Assembly (NCBI GenBank): GCA_964016885.1
Contig: OZ024749.1
Span: 50,964,001-51,028,000 of the forward strand
Length of the DNA stretch: 64,000 nt
Source: Eledone cirrhosa
Taxonomy: Eukaryota
Reading direction: 5' to 3'
In this document: one piece after another, positions 53,475-64,000 of the stretch
Position numbering within the stretch: position 1 is the stretch's first letter
Layout of the letters: each line of letters begins with the position of its first letter
Position numbers and translations under genes: made by a program
The notes under the pieces: generated by a model
What the model was told of the DNA's origin: nothing
Seen by the model: only the letters and a program-made list of their open reading frames with translations
Database searches by the model: none

Positions 53475-54184
53475 CATATATATGTATACACATTTATAAA
53501 GGCGTCGTTGATTTGTGTGTAAGTGTATGTATCTGTATGTATGTGTAAATGACCGCATACAATATGCTTGATGGTGTGTACATTCTGGTGTATATGTGAA
53601 TAATAATGTACAAACACTACTGACACATGTCAGAATATAATAAAAGTATGTGTATTTTGTAAATGGGTTTTCTAAAGAAATCGAAATTTCTAAAAACTAT
53701 TTTCTGCATTTTGCTAAAACATTAATGATGTATATGTGTTGCGCTTTTGATAAGACTGAAAATAACATAATTTTATTGTATTACTATATATATTTATGAA
53801 ATTATTGTCTGTATGCTTATGTTCCCATCGTTATTTCTTCTAGCCATTAACTCTTATATATTTTGTCATTATATTTGTAAGTACATTCGAAAACAAACTA
53901 TTCTAACACTGTGTAAATTTAGAATGATTTACCATTATAATTTACAAGTACGTTTGAAAACAATGCATTGAACATTGGATAAATCTGAGCAAATTCCCGT
54001 ATGTATTAATACATCTATAACAACATATGTACATGCATATATAGCCAAACACAACTTCGCGTTTCTATGGCATATACAGAAACATGTTCATGGATTCATA
54101 CACACCCACGCACACATAGACACAGACACTTATATATATATATATATATATTTATGTTTGTTGGTTCACATTTGTTGGTTCACC

Positions 54185-54264
54185 GTTGTTATATTTCGAA
54201 TATCTGATGATATCACAGGATTTATACGGAACCCGGTCATTGAAATGATCATAGCATAATAAAC
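54185..54264 (+). ncRNA. Degenerate minimal hammerhead motif
   Basis: CTGATGA 54204-54210, GAAA 54242-54245, palindromic stem III ATGATCAT, AUA triplet; stems I/II decayed. Confidence 0.45.
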
Positions 54265-54309
54265 CTTTCAAGGATTTACACCAGTCCAGCCTCCTGTTAT
54301 TTTATTTAC

Positions 54310-54374
<65 letters not shown>

Positions 54375-54378
<4 letters not shown>

Positions 54379-54592
54379 AACGAGTAGGACCCCGACGGCT
54401 GAGCTCAAGCCGTTTCGACGTCTAATTCTGTCGAATAATTTGTCGAATCATTTAGTCCAGAAATAGCCGTCGAAACGGCTTGAGCTCAGCCGTCGGGGTC
54501 CTACTCGTTCCTATTACCCATTCTACTACCCTAAGTATTGAGTACTTTGGTGCGTTATGGTCCACTTGGTTCCTTACCACATTTCCTTCGTT
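54375..54592 (+). mobile_element. Family P copy: inverted arms with 27-nt spacer plus unique tail, inside (TA)n
   Basis: 54375-54430 / 54458-54513 inverted; tail matches 9016-9093. Confidence 0.95.
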
Positions 54593-54657
54593 ATATATCT
54601 ATATATATATATGATAACATGTTGTAGTTTTCTGGAAGCATTTTCTACATGTATACA

Positions 54658-54713
<56 letters not shown>

Positions 54714-54969
54714 CATATATATGCATATGTGTATAATTATTTGTGTATGTGTGTAAATAGTTTCACATTCATTGGTCACCTTCAAACGGATACTTTGTGA
54801 AGAGGTTCGTTTTAAACTATACTGAAAACCATTTTAATTCTAATATATATTATTGAAGGTAGTAATGAAAGTAATATTTTATGTAATGCTGGGTAGTTCT
54901 TGTCTTAAAACCTTCTGACTGTGTTGATTTAGTCCACATGAAGTATTCCTTAATGTATTAGTATATAGA

Positions 54970-55189
54970 CACCCAACTTTTCCGAAGTGAAAGATATCAG
55001 ATCTGATATTTAGGGGGTGAGGTTAGAATGTCCCCATGCAGGATATTTGGATAACGTCCAGGAGCTTGGCTGCCTAGCTTGTAGCTCCAGCCGGATTAGT
55101 TGGAGACGATTGCTTCTGACAGGACAAGCTGGAAGAAGTGTTTGACGATTCTGTCCCAACGAATCTCTCAGCAACAATTGGGCGATGGA

Positions 55190-55233
<44 letters not shown>

Positions 55234-55311
55234 CGACGAAGAAGAAGAAGAAGAAGAAGAAGAAGAAGAAGAAGAAGAAGAAGAAGAAGAAGAAGAAGAA
55301 GAAGAAGAAGA
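54970..55311 (+). mobile_element. RTE-clade LINE 3' end with (GAC)n(GAA)n tail
   Basis: GGTTAGAATGTCCC..TTGGATAACGTCCAGGAG..LETIASDRTSWKKCL, homologous to 40866-41135 and 4022-4330. Confidence 0.8.
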
Positions 55312-55448
55312 TTTAAGGTTTATTTTCAAAGATGATTTTGTTCTAGGAAACTGCGAGTAAGCTCCATCCTCTATCTTGTTCTTTCCACCAGCAGCTCGAG
55401 CGTGTAGAATATGAGAAAAGGTATTTTGATAGATTACTGGTTCTAATA

Positions 55449-55745
55449 ATTGTTTCTATTTCAGGCATATTACTGGTACTTTATTTTATCGACCCCGTAG
55501 GATGAAAGGCAAAGTTAACCTTACTGGTTCAAATAATGCTTTCATATTCAGGCATGGCTAGTATATTTTGAGGGAGGTGAAAGTGGAATAAATCGACCCC
55601 AGTGGGTTTCTGGTACTTTATTTTGTCGAAAATGTAATGTAGAGAAAGGCAAAGCTATTCTCAGCTAGATTTGAACTCAGTACGTAGAGAGCAGTAACAC
55701 TATGCTGCAAGTCATGTTGTCAGACGCTCTATCAAATCTGCCTCT
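55449..55745 (-). mobile_element. Two nested/tandem SINE pieces
   Basis: CTGGTACTTTATTTT.TCGA..AAAGGCAAAG occurs twice (~55473, ~55610); GATTTGAACTCAG at ~55668. Confidence 0.8.
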
Positions 55746-55759
55746 CCCTCCACCAATCT

Positions 55760-56332
55760 AACCGGTCAACTTAATATCGTCAGTTTCACTCGACTATTAG
55801 AATTGAGTGACGCCGACTTCCTTTAGCCGGGAAGGGCAGGCAGCTTTTATCTGTCTGGTGGCCATGGCGAAAGAGATAGTGTGGTGGACGCGTTTGAAAG
55901 GGCTGAATACGAGCACATACCTCTTCGGTGATGCCCTGATTAACTTTTTCAAATTCCATTTGAAAAGCAAGATCAGGGTAGAGAGAGTACTACTATCTCC
56001 CCAGCATTTTGTTGAAAGATGGGTGAGTGAGGCCCGAGTGAATGAGCTTACTCTGAGTATGCGCCTGTAAATTGAAGGTGGAAAATAGGGAGAGGGCACT
56101 TGCCCTGGTGATTAGTGTCGCCGTGGCGTTTTTAATAGGTTTTCATCACGAATGTCCCTCGGAGGTCGCCCCCCTATTGGGGAATTTTTTATTGTTCCCT
56201 TTTTTTGTTACATCCTCTGTTTTAATTTTGTACGAAGAAATGCCCATTTGGACCGACCTATATTGTCCTGTGTTGTTCTGTATTGTCATTAATGTTTTAC
56301 ATTGTATAGAACCTTGTGGTTAATAAAGAAAG
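55760..56332 (+). mobile_element. L1/Tx1-like LINE 3' end (ORF2 C-terminus + 3'UTR)
   Basis: LVAMAKEIVWWTR...LINFFKFHLKSKIRVER....FVERW resembles the Tx1/L1 C-terminal AK..IW..R ... F...W pattern; AATAAA at 56322. Confidence 0.65.
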
Positions 56333-56618
56333 CATTATTAGAATTGAGTGGACTGTTATAATACAAGCACAAACACACTCTCGTACTCTAACACATACAC
56401 ACCTACAAACTCACACAAACGTAATTACACATACCTACAAACGTATACACATGTACATAGGCACACATACTCATCCACATGCACGTATGCATATGGCAGG
56501 CATACTTATTAAGTATAACCCACATTAAACTATTCCAAGTAAATTAGAACTACATATATACACACACTAACAAACATGATATATGTATATATATATAAAT
56601 TACACACACATACATATA

Positions 56619-56708
<90 letters not shown>

Positions 56709-57054
56709 ATATATCCGTAAAAAATATAACACTTTTCGATTCCTGTACATTCCTAATTTTATTTTACTTTCCAATTTGATGCCACGTAATTTTTTGTATA
56801 AATATGAGCTACGACAATGAATGGAAATCCAATTATATCATTATTTTATAGAAACAATGAAAAATAATGTTTGTATGTAAGATAGCATGTTTGTACGTAC
56901 GTATGTATCTGCATGTAGATACAATATGTATGTATATAACGAAAAATATTGACATGCATTCGACACCTACACCACCATATATATGTGCGTGCGTGAGTAT
57001 ATACACACGCACACACACTCGCCTATATTATTACTATATATATATGTGTATGTA

Positions 57055-57130
<76 letters not shown>

Positions 57131-57178
57131 CACATATGGTTATATATATGTTTATATATATGCATATATATATATATG

Positions 57179-57267
<89 letters not shown>

Positions 57268-57300
57268 GCATATATATTAACATATATATAACCATATATG

Positions 57301-57387
<87 letters not shown>

Positions 57388-57420
57388 GCATATATATAAA
57401 CATATATATAACCATATGTG

Positions 57421-57485
<65 letters not shown>

Positions 57486-58115
57486 TATATATATGTAAAC
57501 GCTGGAATGGATGTGTCTGTATTTGTGTACATGTGTTGTTTGTAGTTGAATAGTATAATTTGAAATGCACACCTCATACAATATTGTTAGAATACGTGCA
57601 TAACACAAGCATTGACAATTTAAATGAACAATATATAAATGCATACAAAATGTTACAGAAAATAACAAGATATCATTGAAAATAAACACAAGCAGTATGA
57701 ACATAATTTCAAAAATTGTTCCTTTATATGGCTGTGAAATTTTATGTTCATTTATCGGGTGATTTTAAGTAGAGAAAAACGTTAGGAAAATAAAAATAGA
57801 CATTTAAAGAAATACTCATTAAACTGAATCTCAAGCTCTAAAGACAATGTTATACTTAGAAGGAACAATGTCTTAAAATATTCTATACAATTTTAAATGG
57901 GTGATTATATTTGTTGATATGCGTTGATATTTTTAGAGGTTTTCTTATTGCTCTTTCATAAAATTGTTTCTGTATCTTCTTCTGTTCTTTTAGAGAATGT
58001 TAATGGTTGTTTCATATTACTGTAGCCTTCGTCTTGGTTTGAAATACATGCGTTCCTTAATTTCCGAGGCCATAAATGTATTAATGGGTTTAAATGAGCG
58101 TATTTCTTTATTTCG

Positions 58116-58225
58116 TTTTCTTGATGTTTGTACAAGATTTGTATATATTTATATATATCTTAGACATAGATTCTTCCGCGCCGTTCAGCGCATCGAGCAG
58201 TAAGTAATCGCCAACGGTCAAGATA

Positions 58226-58264
<39 letters not shown>

Positions 58265-58816
58265 TGCTCGATGGGGCTAGCAGCGCGGAATAATGTAAGC
58301 CTAAGATATATATATACATATACAAATCTTGTACAGACATCAAGAAAAAAAATTATATGTATATATATATATATATTTATTAAAATAACGTATTAAAGTT
58401 TAAGCAAAGAATCGCTTCTTTCACACTTAACGCGATCTTCTGAAACTAACAAAGTCAATCTGTAAACGCAGAAGTGGATATTTCAAAAAACGTTGCAACC
58501 GGAGGAAGACAGAAAGACGATACTTTGGTTCGTGGAAACGTTAAGGATGAAAGCAGCGATTCTTTGCTTAAACTTTAATACGTTATTTTAATAAATATAT
58601 ATATATATATATACATATAATTTTTTTTTCTTGATGTTTGTACAAGATTTGTATATGTATATATATATCTTAGGCTTACATTATTCCGCGCTGTTAGCCC
58701 CATTAAACTTTAATCTGTTATTTTAATAAATATATGCACTACGGTTCTTATATATTTGATATATATTTATCCTTATCGAGCCCTCTTTGGATTTTAGTCT
58801 TCAAATTTATTATTAT

Positions 58817-58820
<4 letters not shown>
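58116..58820. mobile_element. Compound fold-back element (+/-/+ arms) ending in the family R tail
   Basis: 58116-58202 inverted vs 58262-58348; 58270-58432 inverted vs 58539-58703; family R at 58738-58820 then (TA)n. Confidence 0.9.
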
Positions 58821-58884
<64 letters not shown>

Positions 58885-58900
58885 ATATCTATATCTATAC

Positions 58901-58931
<31 letters not shown>

Positions 58932-59180
58932 TATATATACATATATATATATTTATTATTTATACATATATATATATATAGTATTAAGGATACTATTTAT
59001 GGTTATGTATATACTAAAACTGTTTATAGTTATATATATGTTAAACCCTAAACAGTGAAAGACAGTAATGTATTACTACCTTATTACCAGTAACATAAAT
59101 AGCTCAATGTAATAACATCAGTTGTTCTACAGACCAGTTATATAGAAATCACATAAATCAAAGTTCTGTTCAAACCATTT

Positions 59181-59231
59181 ATTAGCTACAAGTGTTTAGT
59201 CCAAACCGATGTTTGGAGTCTTCGGAGCAAT
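59181..59231 (-). ncRNA. Inverted copy of the 59454-59505 hammerhead-like motif
   Basis: Minus strand ATTGCT-CCGAAGA-CTCCAAACATCGGTTTGGAC-TAAA-CACTTGTAGCTAAT. Confidence 0.5.
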
Positions 59232-59453
59232 TTTTCAATGATTGTTTATATACATGACTTCCTTTCCAACACAAGAGACATACAGAAACATATGTATATA
59301 TAGATGCACAGTGGGGTGACATCCAGGAAACGTAATATATAGATCATATGTCCTTCCCATAATTAACGATGATTCAGTATTCGATATATACATATGTTTC
59401 TGTATGTCTCTTGTGTTGGAAAGGAGGTCATGTATGTAAACAATCATTGAAAA

Positions 59454-59505
59454 ATTGCTCCGAACACTCCAAACCTCGGTTTGGACGAAACAATTGTAAG
59501 CTAAT
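59454..59505 (+). ncRNA. Minimal hammerhead-like motif (core CCGAA[G/C]A)
   Basis: ATTGCT-CCGAACA-C-TCCAAAC CTCG GTTTGGA-C-GAAA-CAATTG-TA-AGCTAAT; palindromic stem III ACAATTGT; GUA triplet. Confidence 0.6.
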
Positions 59506-60117
59506 AAATGGTTTGAGCAGGACTTTGATTCATGCGATTTCTATATATAGCATACGTAAATATACAAACACACACCCACACCCACATACATACACACACA
59601 TACACAGACATACACACACACACACACGCTCAAAAGCATGCATATATATATATATGCACACGATCTTCAATATGGCAGTGAAGGTGCCTACATATTTTCT
59701 GAGGTGCAAGCGTTGTTTAGCATAGAGAAAGTCATACTTATCCTATAGGAAAAATGCAATTTTAAAAGTGACCACGTTGTATATAAATGATCTAGTATTT
59801 ACAAGTGTAGCATATGCCATATCTAAATCAATTAATTCATAAGTATGCAGGGATCAGCATTCCATGTCAGTTGTGCCATTCCTTAAGTATTGGTATGTTA
59901 ATCAATACAATATAATGACACAGTACTATGTTTTCATACCTTAATATATTGAATACGCTGCCAGGAACTGTTTCAATAATGATAGGAAACATAGCATCAA
60001 GTCTTGATAAATATATTACAACAAAGAATATGTTATATATATATATATATATATATATAGGCTAAATATTGGTATGTGCTTGTGCTCATGCGTGCATGTT
60101 CAATAGTTTGAGTTTGG

Positions 60118-60240
<123 letters not shown>

Positions 60241-61084
60241 GGTGTGTGTGCGTATATACATATATATATATACATTCCTACAGCTTATTCACAGTCAATT
60301 CCTCTCACTTCAAACATATGGAGGCTCTCGGAATAATTCGTCCGTGAATCCATACCTTCATTGCGCTATTTAGCTATTTTCCACTTTCCCACTTGTGTCA
60401 AGGACGAGTGATTGCTAGTACTTCAGCCTGGAGTAGCTAAATAACTTGTTGCATTTGATATCGGGAAATACTTCACCCATGATGTATATTTGAAGCTCTT
60501 CAGTTGTATATTACACTAGCCTAATCCAACCAAGGCATCGATCACCTACGTTATGCTTCCAGATTAATTTCATTTGCCATTCCTATATCAGTTTCGATAA
60601 CTTATGTGTGTCGAACTATCTCTTTTATCTAATCACATAGACTCCTACGAAAAATATGCATATCGCCTTTTCATCTTGAAACGTATGTATTTACATTCTA
60701 CACCCAATCATTTATAACTAGTAGCTATATTTCCCTAATTCACACTTTCCTATCCTTAATATTTGAAGGAGAGATTAGACAATGTACATCTCTATTGAAA
60801 TACAAAACAGAATATTAATACATTTGGACATATGTCTACTGGTGTAGAGTTAATATTAAGAACATATTAAGGTTAGGACATTATTGGTATACCACGATTA
60901 ATGAGATACTACATTAATAAGATACTACCAATTGGTGGCACAATTTATTTATTAAAACATAGAGAAGCCTAATAGTTTAGGAATTAATAAGACCAAAAAC
61001 GATGGTTGATGTTAATTATTTGAAATAATTTGCAAGGCAGAATTCGAAAATCGACAAAAGTAAATACTGCGAATTATATACTGC

Positions 61085-61235
61085 ACCATTCTTTGCAGCA
61101 TATAGTTACGGTCATCTATGATGTGAGTTCAAATCCCGCCGGGGTTAACTCTGGCTTTCATCCCCACAGGATAACATAAAGTACCAGTAATGCAGTGGGT
61201 TTTTGCTGGTTTTGTGCCAAAAGTAGAAATAATTA
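61085..61235 (+). mobile_element. tRNA-derived SINE
   Basis: GAGTTCAAATCCCGCCGGGGTTAACTCTGGCTTTCATCCCC..AAAGTACCAGTAATGCAGTGGG..TTGTGCCAAAAGTAGAAA. Confidence 0.8.
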
Positions 61236-61344
61236 TATACCTCTTCGTAATGAGTAACCAAAACATAGAACGTATGAACGAATAATATATATATGTATAT
61301 ATATATATATATATATTTATTAATTTATTAAAAGAACAGATTAT

Positions 61345-61409
61345 ATATTTGATATATATTTATCCTTATCGAGCCCTCTTTGGATTTTAGTCTTCAAATT
61401 TATTATTAT

Positions 61410-61413
<4 letters not shown>
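61345..61413 (+). repeat. Family R copy
   Basis: TATATTTGATATATATTTATCCTTATCGAGCCCTCTTTGGATTTTAGTCTTCAAATTTATTATTATTACT matches ~58752-58820. Confidence 0.9.
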
Positions 61414-61444
<31 letters not shown>

Positions 61445-61555
61445 TTGTAATAAAATGAAAACGGACTTTCATTTCTCACTCTTAGTACATACTTACATAT
61501 ATATATATATATAATTATATATACATAAAGGTATATATAAACATGTGTGTGTGTG

Positions 61556-61872
61556 AGAAGGTGCATGACTCCGTGGCTAGAACGTTGGGTTTACAATTGA
61601 GAGTTTGTGAATTCGATTCCCGCATCTACTGATGCGTTATGGACTTGTTCCAATTCACACACCTGTAGGTGCGAGTTGCGATCAGCTGCGACGTTACTGG
61701 TGCCAAACCGCTATCAGCTATTGCTTTTCTTTTGGACAATATCTGTAGGGTGGGGAAACTGGTATATATAGGCCACTGCTGGTTTTCCACAAACAATCCT
61801 TGCCCATGTTTGTGCCTCGGAAGGAAACTTTCTAGTTGCAAATGCATGGTCATTAGTGACCGATGGGGTCAT
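61556..61872 (+). mobile_element. tRNA-derived SINE (second family)
   Basis: A-box-like TGACTCCGTGGCTAGA, B-box-like GAATTCGATTCCC, GC-richer 300-bp body ending in (GATA)n. Confidence 0.6.
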
Positions 61873-62561
61873 TTAATATAGGTAGGTAGATATACAGATC
61901 GATAGATATATAGATAGAGATATAGTGAGATAGAGAGTGATACATATAGATAGATAGATAGATAGATAAAGAGTTAAAGAGACTGAGTGGGTCATTACGT
62001 TGTACCATCATTAATTGGTCACGTGCACAGTACACATTTGTGCTATACAATAGATAGCATCTCAATGCAAATAAAATATATGCTAACATCCGCAAATAGA
62101 CAGTAGCCTGAGCAGTATTCAATGATTAGTATAAAAGTGCATTCAAACATATACTATATTCATTTCAACTGAAATCCATCTTCGAGGCGAAAATTACAAA
62201 TGTTTAGACAAACATGTAACTTTATAGTCATAACTTATCACTGTCTGCAAGATAGTAAACTTTATTAAATGATATTTATTACATATTCACATTATTACAT
62301 TCCATGTCATACTTAATAGTTAAAGGAACATTTTTAGCATTTTATAAACATTTCGAAATTGGCAGGTCAGATGAAAAGTGGAAGTGTATTTTTTGCTAGA
62401 GAAATTTATGTTGATATACTAATTGAATAAAGCATCATATTAATGTATGAGAAAAAATTTATATTGAAAATAGAGCCGACAAAATAGCTATCTTAATATA
62501 TATGAGAAAATGGCTTCAGTTGATGATGAAGTCCATCCATTGTGTATGTATATCAGTATAT

Positions 62562-62686
62562 AGTTGTTTCTACTTTTGGCACAAGGCCAGCAAATGCCCT
62601 CGGCGGGACTTGAACTCAAAACGTAAAGGGATGCAACTATGCTGGAAAGAATGTCCGACCCTTTACCGGTACTGTCAAGTCACCAC
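62562..62686 (-). mobile_element. Internally deleted SINE
   Basis: TTGTTTCTACTTTTGGCACAAGGCCAGCAA joined directly to CCTCGGCGGGACTTGAACTCA (cf. 52827-52940). Confidence 0.8.
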
Positions 62687-62944
62687 CCTATATCAGTAAA
62701 TAGTGAATTCTATTACGAATTAAATCATTGGAATAATATAATTGCACTGACATGACTTTTGTTCGCCCAATGCAATACGTGTACATACAAACACGTATGA
62801 ATACATATAAACATACGTGTCTGCATACATATAAACATAAGTTTATGCATACATATATAAAGAGAATGAGGGAGCGATTCAGAGATGAATATATAGATAG
62901 ATGCATAGATAAATAGATATGTAACAGATGGTGAGATAGCAAGG

Positions 62945-63048
<104 letters not shown>

Positions 63049-63731
63049 GATAGAATTTGAGAAAGTAAGAAAATCTTCGGGCAAAATATACTAACTCACA
63101 CACATGTATACACACACCCACGAATACAAACACACACGCACACACACGCACACACACACATATATATATATGTGTGTGTGAGAGTATTATCAAGATTTAG
63201 TTCTACTTCTATGGTAGCACCTCCAAACAATGTGTTTATGTGTCTGTGTGTATATGCCTCCATCTGTGTGATTATGTTTGTATGTATTGTATTGTTATTT
63301 ACTTGCACGCATTTATTCAAAATGTACTGCCATTTCTTTGATATATATTCTTTGTGCAACTCTAAAATTTCCGACGTAAATTGATCAGGTTTAAAGCTAA
63401 TATATTATACAGTAGTTTTACTGAGGACAACTAGTTATTCATTGATTGCTTCCTTAGATTTCTCCGTTATGTAGGATTTCACCTACAATTAGTGTCTATT
63501 CAACACGAATTTAAAGAAGGTCATATTACCAAATAAGAAAAGGTATAACGAATTGAAGGATCAATGTTTTTCTTGCTTCGGAAATGTATTTATTACATGG
63601 GAAATATACAAATAACATAACTTAAAAGAACATGTATATACATATATATAGTGACAACCATAGTGACATAGACTAGTAATATATGTGTGATTTGCTTGTA
63701 AGTGTAGGTACACCCACACAGACGCCCACAT

Positions 63732-63805
<74 letters not shown>

Positions 63806-63806
63806 G

Positions 63807-63837
<31 letters not shown>

Positions 63838-63872
63838 GTATATATATATATTTTTATATATATATATATATA

Positions 63873-64000
63873 TAACGCGATGAATTAGTTTTGCGATGTT
63901 TTGTGTGTCGAAACAAATATTGTTATACTTGAGGAGGGTCATATGTGTGTAATGATATTGCCAGAATTAATAACAGAGCACACTCACTGTTTGGTTGGTT
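63873..64000 (+). mobile_element. Family Q copy, runs off the window end
   Basis: GCGATGAATTAGTTTTGCGA..GTGTCGAAACAAATATTGTTATACTTG.GGAGGGTCATAT matches 6834-6965. Confidence 0.9.

Larger units (their letters stand above)
59139..59547. mobile_element. Fold-back element with ~162-bp arms, each carrying a hammerhead-like motif
   Basis: 59139-59300 inverted vs 59385-59547, 84-nt spacer, TATA at both outer ends. Confidence 0.92.

Noticed and set aside
55100-55360. Poly-Asp/Glu ORF and overlapping poly-Arg (protamine-like) ORF
   Set aside because: Both are readings of the (GAC)n(GAA)n tail of an RTE fragment

Overview
AT-rich, microsatellite-dense eukaryotic DNA with no confidently identifiable host gene. 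The SINE sequences resemble those I recall from Octopus, which is an inference. The centre (25.0-37.3 kb) is a head-to-tail train of (TAA)n-embedded R4/Dong-clade non-LTR retrotransposons. It holds a 5'-truncated frameshifted copy, two intact 1216-aa RT+RLE copies 5033 bp apart, and a second Dong family. Diagnostic SNPs show the middle copy is a chimera of its neighbours, from either unequal crossover or an assembly join. Its 5'UTR can fold into a 7-bp pseudoknot. The flanks carry a less obvious system: about 10 hammerhead-ribozyme-like motifs from several unrelated short elements inserted in (TA)n, several arranged as long fold-backs. One lies behind a Penelope-like (Naiad-type) GIY-YIG remnant, and two families share a non-canonical CCGANGA core. 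A dispersed family with a 120-bp palindrome has arms that co-vary between copies. Also present are CRE, RTE (Rex3-like), L1/Tx1 and mariner remnants, tRNA-derived SINEs and one possible decayed mucin-like exon. Most ORFs in the track are microsatellite artefacts. All calls were made by eye, and many boundaries are approximate.
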